In this document: positions 38,557 to 48,176 of the stretch, piece by piece
Layout: every line of letters starts with the position of its first letter
Numbering within the stretch: position 1 is the first letter of the stretch
Origin: Candidatus Eiseniibacteriota bacterium
GTDB lineage: Bacteria > Eisenbacteria > RBG-16-71-46 > CAIMUX01 > WJJG01
DNA length: 50,756 bases
NCBI GenBank assembly: GCA_014729815.1
Contig: WJJG01000105.1
Span: 1 to 50,756 of the forward strand
Direction of reading: 5' to 3'
Notes under the pieces: generated by a model
What the model was told of the DNA's origin: nothing
What the model saw: the letters and a program-made list of their open reading frames with translations, nothing else
Database searches by the model: none
Made by a program: the position numbers and the translations under genes

Positions 38557-40023
38557 CTATCGAATCCGGATCATCCTGCGGGTCTGCATGAAGTCGCCGG
38601 CCGTCAGGCGGTAGTAGTAGATGCCCGCCGGCACCGCCGCCCCGCGGCCATCGCGCCCGTCCCATTGCAGCGCATGCAGCCCGGCGCGGCGGCGGGCCCG
38701 CACCAGGGTGCGGATCGCGCGTCCCTGGGCATCGTAGAGCTGCAGGCGTACATCGGCGTCTCGGGCGAGTCGGTAGCTGAGCTCGGTATGCGAGCGGAAC
38801 GGGTTGGGGTAGTTGCCTTCCAGGATGCTGAAGCGCGGCGGATGCCGGTCCGGGGCGCCAGACCCCGTGAGGATCTGCTCGAGCACGGTCAGGAACGACT
38901 GCATCTCCTCGAGCGTGCCGGTGGAGACGCGCAGATGGTTCTGCATGCCCCATCCAGTGCGCACGTAGATCCCTTCGTCGGCCAGCGCCGCCGAGACGGG
39001 CCCGGCCGGCTGGCCCACGTCGACCATGAAGAAGTTCGTCTCTGAGGGGATGTAGTCGAGGCCCAGTGCATCGAATCCGTCGAAGCAGAGCTGTTTGGCC
39101 TGATCGTTGAGCGCCACGGTGTCGCTGATGTGCTGCGCGTCGGTCAGCGCCGCCCGGCCGCCCTCGAGGGCCAGACGCGAGACGGTGCCCCAGTTGTGCC
39201 ACATCGTCATCGAGCCGATCAGGCTCTGCTTGCCCACCGCGTAGCCGAGTCGCACGCCGGCCATCCCGAAGATCTTCGAGAAAGTACGGATGACCACGAC
39301 GTTCTTGCCCTGGCGCACGAGCTCCATGGCCGACTCGTAGGCCGGGTCGTGGATGTACTCGTGATAGGCCTCGTCGATGATCACGGTGACATGCTCGGGC
39401 AGCGCATCGACGAACGCGGCGATGTCGACCGCCGGCAGAACGGTGGCCGTGGGGTTGTTGGGGTTGGTGAGGCAGACCGCGGTCGTGTGCGCGTCGACCT
39501 GCGAAGCCATGTCGGCCAGATCGATGCGCCAGTCCTGATCGAGACCCGAGTGACGCACTTCGGCGCCCATGAAGGCGCAATCGGAGCCGAACTGCCCGTA
39601 GGAAGGAGTCGGTACGACGACGTTGCCCTCCGGGTCGGCAAAGGCGAAGGCCGCCAGGCGCAAGATCTCGGTGGCCCCGCAGCCGGCGATCGTCTGAGGA
39701 CGCTCGACCTGATGCAGGTCGGCGAGGTCTTCGCGCAGCGATTCGGCGTACCAGTCGCCGTAGCGATGGCCCATCGGCACGGCATCGACCATGGCGGCCT
39801 GCGCGAGGGGCGAGGGGCCCAGGGGATTCTCGTTGTAGCAGAGCCGGCCCACGTAGTCGTCGCGCACCGGCAGGTCGGCCGGCGCCGTCGCGCCGATGCG
39901 CGGCCCGCGCAGCAGGGCCAGGGCGGCCATGCCGGCGGTGGCGCCGAAGAAGGAGCGACGCGAGAGGCCCGAGGACCCCAAGCGATGGTCTCTGAGTGAA
40001 TTGCGAGTTCTGCGGAGTGCCAT
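38557..40023 (-). CDS. Tat-signal HisC-like class I/II PLP aminotransferase fused to FlgD-Ig/T9SS-like C-terminal domain
   Basis: SRRSFFG twin-arginine motif; NENPLG, NPNNPT, DEAY and RTFSKIFGMAGVRLGY; NYPNPF...WDGRD...AGIYYYRL tail. Confidence 0.85.
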   Translation of the reverse strand: MALRRTRNSLRDHRLGSSGLSRRSFFGATAGMAALALLRGPRIGATAPADLPVRDDYVGRLCYNENPLGPSPLAQAAMVDAVPMGHRYGDWYAESLREDLADLHQVERPQTIAGCGATEILRLAAFAFADPEGNVVVPTPSYGQFGSDCAFMGAEVRHSGLDQDWRIDLADMASQVDAHTTAVCLTNPNNPTATVLPAVDIAAFVDALPEHVTVIIDEAYHEYIHDPAYESAMELVRQGKNVVVIRTFSKIFGMAGVRLGYAVGKQSLIGSMTMWHNWGTVSRLALEGGRAALTDAQHISDTVALNDQAKQLCFDGFDALGLDYIPSETNFFMVDVGQPAGPVSAALADEGIYVRTGWGMQNHLRVSTGTLEEMQSFLTVLEQILTGSGAPDRHPPRFSILEGNYPNPFRSHTELSYRLARDADVRLQLYDAQGRAIRTLVRARRRAGLHALQWDGRDGRGAAVPAGIYYYRLTAGDFMQTRRMIRIR

Positions 40024-40247
40024 GGCGCACCTCGAGGGTGATCGGGATCCAGGTCGACGAACCACCCACAATGATACGTCATCTGCGGCGGCAGCGAAAC
40101 GTTCCCCTGCGCCGCCCGCGCGGCGGAGCCCCTCGCCTCATGGTGGGTGGTTCGTCGGGAGCCCGCGGGGCTCTCGATCACCGCATCCCCACCGGCAGTC
40201 CTCCGCACCCCCCGCCCGGGAGCGTGTGGGAGAGCCGGTGCGGCGGC

Positions 40248-41228
40248 TTAGCGTTCGCCGTCCGGCTCGACCTTGATGACGACCAGGGTGGCTTCGTCGG
40301 TCATCGGTTCGCCCTGCAGGAAGCCGCGCATCTCCTCCACGATGCCGCGCGCGATCGTTGCTGCGTCCTCCTCGCGCAGGCGCTGGAGGACTGCACGCAC
40401 CCGCGCGCGTCCGAACATCTCCTCGGCGGCTCCCATCGCCTCGGTGATGCCGTCGGAGTAGAGCGCCAGGACGTCACCGGGTTCGATCGGCACGCGCACG
40501 TCGTCGTAGGTCAGCTCGCGCGTCACACAGAGCAGAAGCTGGGTCTGGCTGAGATGGATGTATTCGCCATTGGCGCGGATCACGATCGGGGTCTCATGAC
40601 CGGCCGAGGCGTAGGTCAGCGTTCGGGCGATCGGATCGACGACGCAGTAGAGCGCGGTGACGAAGCGGCGGTGAGACTGACAGGCATCGATCAGACCCTG
40701 ATTGAGCGCCGATAGGACCTCCTCGGGACGATCGAGGTCGACCGGGCCGCGCCGGCTGGCCCACGACTCGCGCATCTCGGTGAAGCTCCGCTTGGCCAGC
40801 GCCTTGAGCCTCGTCGACTCCAGGCCGTGCCCCATGATGTCGTAGAGAAAAAGCCCCAGGGCCCGTCCGTCGCGCGGGCGCGTCAAGGGCACCGTGTCGA
40901 GGAAGTCGCCTCCGATCATCTCCATCGGCAGCGAGACGGCCGCCAGATCCAGCCCACGGGTCGATTGCAGGCGACGCAGGTCGAAGTCCTCGGGCACATG
41001 ATAGCTGACGTGCTCGGCGGCGATCGCCTCCTCTGCGGAACCGCGTAGCAGGAGCCGTTCGAGCTTGCGCAACTCCTCGAGCAGAATCGCGCGATGCTTG
41101 CGCTCCTCTTCGGCGAGCTGCAGAAGCAGAGCCTCGGACTCCGGCACGTGTGCCCGCGCCCGCGCCTTCTGATAGTAGTTGAAGGCGTCGGTCTCACGTT
41201 GGATCGCCTCGCGCAGGATTTGGCGCAT
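40248..41228 (-). CDS. Rubrerythrin/ferritin-like domain fused to SpoIIE/PP2C-family phosphatase
   Basis: N-terminal AIQRE...YY...LAEEERKH; then GGDFLD, DIMGHG, SAGH, LYSDGITEA and DEATLVV. Confidence 0.85.
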   Translation of the reverse strand: MRQILREAIQRETDAFNYYQKARARAHVPESEALLLQLAEEERKHRAILLEELRKLERLLLRGSAEEAIAAEHVSYHVPEDFDLRRLQSTRGLDLAAVSLPMEMIGGDFLDTVPLTRPRDGRALGLFLYDIMGHGLESTRLKALAKRSFTEMRESWASRRGPVDLDRPEEVLSALNQGLIDACQSHRRFVTALYCVVDPIARTLTYASAGHETPIVIRANGEYIHLSQTQLLLCVTRELTYDDVRVPIEPGDVLALYSDGITEAMGAAEEMFGRARVRAVLQRLREEDAATIARGIVEEMRGFLQGEPMTDEATLVVIKVEPDGER

Positions 41229-41378
41229 CGCCTCTCGGCGACGGGTGTGTGGCGCTGGTTCTCCCATGGGCGGCTCCCTTCAGCGGTCGACGAAGCGGCC
41301 ACGCGATCGCGCACTGCATCGTTGCAGAGACGATCCTACCCGAGGGCAGGATGGCGGTTCCGCGAGACGGGGCGCGTG

Positions 41379-41906
41379 TCACAGGAAGCGTTCGAAGCGC
41401 TCCTGCTTGGCCTTGCAGATCGGGCAACGCTCGGGCGGCCCGTCGCGCCCGCAGAGGTATCCACACACGCGACAGCGCCAAACGGGGGTCGGGAGCTTGG
41501 CCGATCCTGCGGCGGCAGCCGCTCCGGGTTCCGTCCGCGGCGCACGCGCCTGCGCGCGGTGCTCCTCGTCCGGACGCCGCTCGGGAATCGGCGCAACCTC
41601 CTTCTCTCCGCCCAGGACGCGCTCCGAAACGTAGAGCCCGCAGTAGCAGGCGTCGTACTCGTTCAGGTCGGCGTCGCGATAGTCGCAAGGACAGATGATA
41701 TCCAGATCCTCCTGCTTGCTTCCCGCGGCCAAACGACACGGACAGGCCCAGTACCCGTAGCGTCGCTCGTTGACCAGGAGTCCCTCGACCAGGTCACGGG
41801 TGAACTCCCGGTCCGGATTGAGATGGTAGCCGCCCTCCTCGGCCTCCCGAGCGAGACGCTCGTGGAGTCGCTCGATCTCCTCGGACGGGATCTCGGGTGC
41901 GCTCAT
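41379..41906 (-). CDS. Ferredoxin:thioredoxin reductase catalytic-subunit-like protein with C-terminal rubredoxin-like domain (FDR-like)
   Basis: [16 protein letters not shown] and CYCGLY motifs; WRCRVCGY...CPICKA. Confidence 0.9.
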   Translation of the reverse strand: MSAPEIPSEEIERLHERLAREAEEGGYHLNPDREFTRDLVEGLLVNERRYGYWACPCRLAAGSKQEDLDIICPCDYRDADLNEYDACYCGLYVSERVLGGEKEVAPIPERRPDEEHRAQARAPRTEPGAAAAAGSAKLPTPVWRCRVCGYLCGRDGPPERCPICKAKQERFERFL

Positions 41907-42184
41907 GACTCCAACTCCTCGCGAATGCGCCGCTCGTCGTAGCCGCGGATGCAGATCTTCTCGTCGATGACCAGCGTGGGATAGGAAGCGCGCGGATTCC
42001 AGCGGCGCAGCTCCGCGACGGCCCGCGCCTTCTCCTCCCCTTCGAGGAGGTCGACATCGATGAACTCGTGGGCCACCCCCAACGCCTTGAGCAGTCGCTT
42101 GGTCTTCCTGCACCAAACGCAAGTGCTGATGGCGAACATGAAGACTTTGCCGCGATTCGTCCCAGGGACGTGCGTGGACTTCAT
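41903..42184 (-). CDS. Glutaredoxin/NrdH-like redoxin
   Basis: STCVWC active site, SYPT cis-Pro motif, IRGY; 4-bp overlaps with both neighbours. Confidence 0.88.
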   Translation of the reverse strand: MKSTHVPGTNRGKVFMFAISTCVWCRKTKRLLKALGVAHEFIDVDLLEGEEKARAVAELRRWNPRASYPTLVIDEKICIRGYDERRIREELES

Positions 42185-42771
42185 CGAGAGGCTCCGTTGT
42201 TCCGCTCCGTCGTGGGGGCGGGATAGCGATTCTCGTACGCGAACTCCGCGAGCGCGCGGCGCGCGGGCCGTTGCCGCTCGCTGGTCCGCTGCTTCTCGTT
42301 GAGCTCCGAATCGATCTCCGCCGCGCGCGCGCCGATAACGACCAGTGTGATGACCCGCATATCCTCGGGGATTTCCAGGACCGCCTTGACCCGCGACTCG
42401 CGGAAGCCGGCGATTGGATGGGCGACCAGGCCGCGTTCGGTGGCGCGCAGGATCAGCAAGGCGGTGGCCATGCCGGTATCGAAGAGATAGTAGACGCGCT
42501 TCTTGACCACGCAGTCGAGATCGCGCCGGCTGGCGACGGCCACGATCAGCGAGGCCTTGCGCGCCCAGGCGTTTCCCGAGGAGAGCGCTTCATGGAGCCG
42601 GCGAAGCTGCCGCGGCTCGTAGGTGAAGACGAATCTCCAGGGCTGATGGTTGAAACAGGAAGCGGATAGGCCAGCGTGGGTCGCAAGATCCTCGACCAGC
42701 GCTTGATCGATCTCCAGCGGGGCCAGCGAGCGATAGGCGCGTCGCTCGCGGATGGCCTGGGATACATCCAT
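42181..42771 (-). CDS. Nitroreductase family protein
   Basis: [27 protein letters not shown] and [10 protein letters not shown] motifs. Confidence 0.88.
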   Translation of the reverse strand: MDVSQAIRERRAYRSLAPLEIDQALVEDLATHAGLSASCFNHQPWRFVFTYEPRQLRRLHEALSSGNAWARKASLIVAVASRRDLDCVVKKRVYYLFDTGMATALLILRATERGLVAHPIAGFRESRVKAVLEIPEDMRVITLVVIGARAAEIDSELNEKQRTSERQRPARRALAEFAYENRYPAPTTERNNGASR

Positions 42772-42900
42772 GCGGGCCTCCTTGCACTCGAATCGGCGAG
42801 TGTGCCGGAGGTCCGGCGGCTACGCAAGGCCCCTCGCGATGCTCCCGAACCGCGCGAGGTCTTTGGCCTCCACAAAGTCCGGCGCGTTGCTTCCGTCCCG

Positions 42901-43938
42901 TCACGCACCCAGCTTCTGCAGATTGACATGTTCCTGCACCATTGTGGTGAGTCGCGCGATCTTGTCCGACTCCTCCTTGGTCAGCAGATGCTCGATGTCG
43001 TCGATGCGTTTGGCGACCTGATAGGTGTCCTCGGCCACCAGCAGCATCGGCACGCCCCGCTCGGCGACCTGCGAGATGATGTTGGCCGGTGGCATGACGT
43101 TGTTGGTCAGCACGATGCCCACCGTGTCGCCCTCCAGCGCGGCCAGGATCATGTCGCTGCGATCCCCGCTGGTGATGACCAGGCGCTGCTCCTCGGCGAA
43201 GCGTGGTTCCCGGCGTGCGGCGTCGGCGTCCATGGCGCCGACGAAGATGTGCTTGACCGTGCGGTCGAGCTGCCCCTCGCCGGAGAGGATCTTGGCGAAG
43301 AGCACGCCGGCCAGGAAGCCGACCGAAGGGTGCGTCAGCTCGGCATCGAAGGGAATCACGCCCAGCAGGGGAATGCCCAGCTCGTCGATGTGACGGCGGT
43401 AGGTGTTCTCGAAGTCGTCGGGATCCTTGACCTGATTGGCGATCGCTCCGATCAGAGGCACTCCGCGCAGGTCGATATGGTGCTTGAAGAACTGCAGATC
43501 GTCGAGGATCTCGTCCTCGGGCCCACTGGCCACCAGGAGCAGCTGCGCCTCGGCATGCTGCGCCACTGTGAGTGCATCCAGGTGCACCGAGCCGCCGAAG
43601 CCGAGATCCTTCCCGGCCTCGATGAAGACCAGCTGCTTGCCCTCTTCGATCTGCGCCAGCAGCTGGCCCAGCTTGGCGCGGGTCGACGCCTGGTCGTACA
43701 TGAATCGCAGCTTCGAATGATCGAAGCCGATACTCATCTCCTCCGGCTCGGAGTCGAGCCCCAGGATGTTGACCACCAGCGCCGAGTCGTAGTCCCACAG
43801 GCGCTTCTTGCGGTAGAGCAGCCGATCGCCGAACGGCTTCATGTATCCCACCGGCTTCTGCAGCGTGCGCGCCATCCCGATGATGGCGCTCGTCTTGCCG
43901 GCGCCCTCACGCGTCGAGGCAACGACCAGTCTAGGCAT
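42901..43938 (-). CDS. BioD-like P-loop + DRTGG domain protein (phosphotransacetylase N-terminal-like)
   Basis: STREGAGKTS, VGYMKPFG, VFIEAG, VGAM and ITSGDRSD motifs; no PTA catalytic domain. Confidence 0.85.
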   Translation of the reverse strand: MPRLVVASTREGAGKTSAIIGMARTLQKPVGYMKPFGDRLLYRKKRLWDYDSALVVNILGLDSEPEEMSIGFDHSKLRFMYDQASTRAKLGQLLAQIEEGKQLVFIEAGKDLGFGGSVHLDALTVAQHAEAQLLLVASGPEDEILDDLQFFKHHIDLRGVPLIGAIANQVKDPDDFENTYRRHIDELGIPLLGVIPFDAELTHPSVGFLAGVLFAKILSGEGQLDRTVKHIFVGAMDADAARREPRFAEEQRLVITSGDRSDMILAALEGDTVGIVLTNNVMPPANIISQVAERGVPMLLVAEDTYQVAKRIDDIEHLLTKEESDKIARLTTMVQEHVNLQKLGA

Positions 43939-46069
43939 CTGTACTCCCTCCGGCAGTCTCGGTGAGCAATACCCGCACATCGACCGCCTTGGCTCCGTGG
44001 CCCTGTTCGTAGGCCACCAGCGGGTTGACTTCGATATCGGAGATCTCCGGGCAGTGCCGGATGATCGTGGCGAGGCGGATGATCGCATCGGTGACGCTCT
44101 CGATGTCGCGGCGCTCCTCGCCACGCACACCGAGCAGCAGGGGATAGGCGCGGATCTCCTTCATCATCGCCAGCACTTCGCGCCGATCGAGCGGCGCCGC
44201 GCGGAAGGAGACATCCTTGAGCACCTCGACGTAGATCCCGCCCATGCCGAACATGACGATCGGCCCGAAGCTGGCATCGCGCCGCGCGCCGGCGATCAGC
44301 TCGACGCCCGAGGCGACCATCTCGGCGACCTCGATCCCCTGGATCCGCGCCTGCGGCATGCGCGTGCGGCAGTTGCGCATGATCGCCTGGTAGGCGTCGA
44401 TGACCTCCTCGCGGTCTTCCAGATCGAGCGCCACGCCGCCCACATCGCTCTTGTGCAGGATGTCGCGCGAGACGACCTTCAGCACCAGCGGGTAGCCGAT
44501 CTGCTCGGCGGCCTGTACGGCCTCGTCCAGATTGCGCACCACGCGACTGCGGGGCAGCGGGATGCCGATGGCGTCCATCAGCGCCTGCCCTTCATGCGCC
44601 AGCAGAAAGCTCCGCTTCTCCGACCGCGCACCGCGTACGATCCGGTCGATGGCGGCGGTGTCGATCTCGGTCTCGTCCGTCGCATCGCGGCGCTGCTGCA
44701 GGTAGCGCCCGTAGCTGTAGAGCCCGCCCATGCAGGCCACGGTCTCGTAGACGTCCCCGAAGACCGGCACGCGCTCCTTGGTGAGCGTATCGAGGCTCGT
44801 CTCGGTGTCGGCGCCGCCAAAGATCGAGAAGAGCAGCGGCTTGCCGCGCTCCTTGTACCGCGCGTAGTTGCGGCGGATCATCTTCATCAGGGACTCGGCG
44901 TCGAAGAGCGCCGTCTCGCAATAGAGCGCCAGGACAGAGTGGATCTTCTCGCTCGTGAGCGCCGCGTCGAGGGCTACGCGGTAGTGTTCGGCGCTGGCTT
45001 GGCCGGTCAGATCGATCGGATTCTTGGTCGAGCCGAAGTCGGGTGTGACCGGACTGAAGATCTCCTTGAGGGTCTGGGCATCATCATAGAGCGGCACGTC
45101 GTATTTCTCGCAGGCATCCGTGGCCAGCACGCCGATGCCGCCGCCGTTGGTGACGATGACGGCATGGCGGCCCGCGGGCGGAGGCGTCTCCGAGAGGAAC
45201 TTGCAGAGGTTGAAGGCTTCCTCCACGCTCTCGGCGCGCAGTACGCCCGCCTGGCGCATGACCGCCTCGAAAATCGCGTCCGACCCGGCCAGCGAGCCGG
45301 TGTGCGAGGCGGCCGCTACCGCGCCGCGCTTCGAGCGCCCCGACTTGATCGCCACGACCGGCTTCCGGCCGGTCGTCTCGCGCAGGACCTCGAGCAGCTC
45401 CTCGCCCTCGCGCACCCCTTCGATGTACATCAGGATCGTGCGCGTGTTGGCATCCTCCATCAGATAGCGCAGCAGGTCGGCCTCGTCGATGTCGGCCTTG
45501 TTGCCCACCGAGATCATGGCCGAGATGCCGACGTTCTCGACGGCCGTCTTGCCGATCATCGCCAGACCCAGGGCGCCGCTCTGCGTGATGATCGCCACGC
45601 TGCCGTGGCGGATCCCACCGGGCCCGAAGGTCGCATCCAGCGAAGCGGAGGCCGAGAACATGCCGAAGATGTTGGGCCCCAGGATGCGCATGCCGCGCTC
45701 GGTGGCGTAGCCGACGAGCTGGCGTTCCTCTTCGAGGTTGCCGACCTCGGAGAAGCCCGAGGTGATCACCAGATTGTACTTCGTGCCCCGATCAGCCAGA
45801 TCCTGCACCGCACCCAGTGCGTACTTGGCGGGCACGCAGGTGACCGCCAGGTCGATCTCGGTCGGGACGTCCGCGGCCCTGGCGTAGACCGGGCGGCCGA
45901 GGATCTCGCCCCCCTTGGGATTGACCGGGTAGATCTTGCCCCCGTAGCCGCCCTCGATGATGTTCTCGAGGATCGTGTGCCCGATCTTGCCCGGCGTGTG
46001 CGAGGCGCCGATCACCGCGACCGAGCGCGGCTCGAAGAGACGGCGAATGTGCGGTCCGTTACCCGGCAT
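43931..46069 (-). CDS. Acetate/acyl-CoA ligase (ADP-forming), fused alpha-beta
   Basis: PRSVAVIGAS, LGPNIFG, SVGNKAD, ASHTGSLAG (phospho-His), NPIDLTG, HKSDVGGV and FGPIVMFGMGG motifs. Confidence 0.92.
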   Translation of the reverse strand: MPGNGPHIRRLFEPRSVAVIGASHTPGKIGHTILENIIEGGYGGKIYPVNPKGGEILGRPVYARAADVPTEIDLAVTCVPAKYALGAVQDLADRGTKYNLVITSGFSEVGNLEEERQLVGYATERGMRILGPNIFGMFSASASLDATFGPGGIRHGSVAIITQSGALGLAMIGKTAVENVGISAMISVGNKADIDEADLLRYLMEDANTRTILMYIEGVREGEELLEVLRETTGRKPVVAIKSGRSKRGAVAAASHTGSLAGSDAIFEAVMRQAGVLRAESVEEAFNLCKFLSETPPPAGRHAVIVTNGGGIGVLATDACEKYDVPLYDDAQTLKEIFSPVTPDFGSTKNPIDLTGQASAEHYRVALDAALTSEKIHSVLALYCETALFDAESLMKMIRRNYARYKERGKPLLFSIFGGADTETSLDTLTKERVPVFGDVYETVACMGGLYSYGRYLQQRRDATDETEIDTAAIDRIVRGARSEKRSFLLAHEGQALMDAIGIPLPRSRVVRNLDEAVQAAEQIGYPLVLKVVSRDILHKSDVGGVALDLEDREEVIDAYQAIMRNCRTRMPQARIQGIEVAEMVASGVELIAGARRDASFGPIVMFGMGGIYVEVLKDVSFRAAPLDRREVLAMMKEIRAYPLLLGVRGEERRDIESVTDAIIRLATIIRHCPEISDIEVNPLVAYEQGHGAKAVDVRVLLTETAGGSTDA

Positions 46070-47978
46070 GATGTCCTCTGAAACGCATGCGCAGCTCCAC
46101 GACCCCTTCGGCCGTGCGGCGCTGGATGTCGAAACCCATCTTCTCGAAGAGACTCAGCATCGGGCGGTTCTCGATCAATACCTCGGCCGAGAAGCCCAGC
46201 AGGCCCTGCTTCTGGGCCAGCTGCGTCAGATAGGAGAGGATCTCCGTGCCGACCCCGTGTCCCTGGTAGTCGTCGCGCACCACGAGCGCCACCTCGGCGG
46301 TGTGCGTGTGTTCGTCGATGCCGTACTGCCCCACACCCAGGAGCTTTTCGCGCTCCTCGTCGGGCGCCTCGCCGGCTTCCACCGCCAGGATGACCATCTC
46401 CTTCGTGTAGTCGATGATCACGAACTCCTGCAGTCGCTCGTGGGGCATATCCAGCCGCTGCGAGATGAAGCGCTTGTAGATGCTCTGGTCCGAGAGCGAG
46501 TAGAAGAACTCCTTGAGAAGCGGCTCGTCGCTGATCTTGACCGGTCGCAGCTGCATGCTCAGACCCGAGCGCGTCGTGCGCACCACCTCGAGGTCCTCGG
46601 GGTACTCGCCGCGCTTGCCGGGGATGAAGGCCTGGTCCGTGTAGATCAGCTTGCGGCGCTTGGCCTCGGCGATCAAGTCGGAGCGGAACTTCGGGTGAGC
46701 GATCGCCACCAGGGCCATCGCCCGCTCGCGGATATTTTTGCCGTGCAAGTAGGCGATCCCGTATTCGGTGACGACGTAGTGCGTGTCGCCGCGATCGAGC
46801 GTCACACCGGCCCCCTTCTCGAGATAGGGGACGATGCGTGAGACCTCCCCGTCCCGCGCGGTGGAGGGCAGCGCCAGGATCGTCTTGCCGCCGGGCGCCA
46901 GCACCGCGCCGCGCATGAAATCGGCATGCCCGCCGATGCCGCTGAAGAAGGTCTCGCCGATCGAGTCGGCCGTGGCCTGTCCGGTCAGATCGATCTGCAG
47001 CGAAGAGTTGATGGCCGTCATGTTCTCGATGCGCGCGATCGTCAACGGGTTGTTCGTGTAGCTGATCTGGCGGAACTCCACGGCCGGGTTGTCGTCGAGG
47101 AACTCGTAGGTCTCGCGGCGGCCCATGCAGAAGGTGCCCACCGCCTTGCCGCGATCGATCGACTTGCGCGAGTTGTCGACCACGCCGCGCTTCATCAGCT
47201 CGACCAACCCGTCGCCGATCAGCTCGGTATGGATGCCCAGGCGCTTCTTGTCACGCAGGTTGCGGATCACTGCATTGGGAATGCTGCCGTAGCCGACCTG
47301 GATCGTATCGCCATCCTGGACGATGCGCGCCACATACCCGCCGATCCGCTCGGCGATCTCGTCGGGCGCGTCGTCCTTGTACTCGAGGATCGGCTCGTCG
47401 TGGGGCAGGAGGAAGTCGACGTCGCGCATGTGCACGAACGTATCGCCGTGCACGCGCGGGAAGTGGCTGTTGACCTGGGCGATCACCAGCGAGGCGTTGT
47501 CGACCGCGGCCTTGGTGATGTCCACGCTGACGCCCAGACTCATGTAGCCGTGCTCGTCGGGACGCGAGACCTGGATCAGGGCTACATCGACCGGCACCTG
47601 CCCGCGCTGCAGCAGATCGGGGATCTGCGAGAGGAAGACCGGCGAGTAGTCCGCCAGGCCCTCGTTGACCGCCTCGCGCGAGCTGTTGCTGATGAAGAAG
47701 GAGTTGTGACGGAAATTCCGCTGGAACTTCCGATCCGTGTAGGGCGCCACACCCAGTGTCCAGACGTGGAAGACCTCGGCGCCGAAGATCGCCTTGGGGT
47801 GATCGCGCACGTAGTCGATCAGGGCCTGCACGAGGTACTGCGGCTCGCCGCAGCCGGTGCTGATGAAGATCCGATCGCCGCGATGGATCCGCGCGAAGAT
47901 CTTCTCCTCGGGCGCGAACTTCTCCGGATACTGCTCGCGCAGCAACTCGAGGCTCTTCTGTGTCCGCTCGTCAGCCAT
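46059..47978 (-). CDS. Acetyl-CoA hydrolase/4-hydroxybutyrate CoA-transferase-like protein fused to C-terminal GNAT domain
   Basis: SLGVSVD, TIQVGYGSIP, GIHTE, SGIGGHADF and VTEYG motifs; GNAT AEVALVVRDDYQGHGVG and ENRPML..F.K.GF. Confidence 0.9.
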   Translation of the reverse strand: MADERTQKSLELLREQYPEKFAPEEKIFARIHRGDRIFISTGCGEPQYLVQALIDYVRDHPKAIFGAEVFHVWTLGVAPYTDRKFQRNFRHNSFFISNSSREAVNEGLADYSPVFLSQIPDLLQRGQVPVDVALIQVSRPDEHGYMSLGVSVDITKAAVDNASLVIAQVNSHFPRVHGDTFVHMRDVDFLLPHDEPILEYKDDAPDEIAERIGGYVARIVQDGDTIQVGYGSIPNAVIRNLRDKKRLGIHTELIGDGLVELMKRGVVDNSRKSIDRGKAVGTFCMGRRETYEFLDDNPAVEFRQISYTNNPLTIARIENMTAINSSLQIDLTGQATADSIGETFFSGIGGHADFMRGAVLAPGGKTILALPSTARDGEVSRIVPYLEKGAGVTLDRGDTHYVVTEYGIAYLHGKNIRERAMALVAIAHPKFRSDLIAEAKRRKLIYTDQAFIPGKRGEYPEDLEVVRTTRSGLSMQLRPVKISDEPLLKEFFYSLSDQSIYKRFISQRLDMPHERLQEFVIIDYTKEMVILAVEAGEAPDEEREKLLGVGQYGIDEHTHTAEVALVVRDDYQGHGVGTEILSYLTQLAQKQGLLGFSAEVLIENRPMLSLFEKMGFDIQRRTAEGVVELRMRFRGHHAG

Positions 47979-48176
47979 GGTCCGTTCCACCTTCCGCTCG
48001 CTGCGTAGCGGGCGCCGGCCCGCTCGAAGGAATCCAACATTCTGCTACCGCCCGGCCCCCGCGCGGAATGATATTTTGGCATCTCGATCATTCGATAGGA
48101 TGGTGCGCCCGACCAAGAGGCGTAGTCCACTGTGCTGCAAAGTGTTGCCAGGTCGAAGCGGCCTCGCCGCCGATCG

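Noticed and set aside
38557-40023. Assigning hisC
   Set aside because: The Tat signal, the C-terminal domain and the absence of his genes argue against cytoplasmic histidine biosynthesis
35495-40069. 1524-aa minus-strand ORF
   Set aside because: Low-complexity shadow frame overlapping the S9 peptidase, the DUF6642-like gene and the aminotransferase; no recognisable motifs
48138-48152. Sigma54 promoter TGGCAACACTTTGCA upstream of the CoA-transferase operon
   Set aside because: GG-to-GC spacing is 9 nt rather than the required 10
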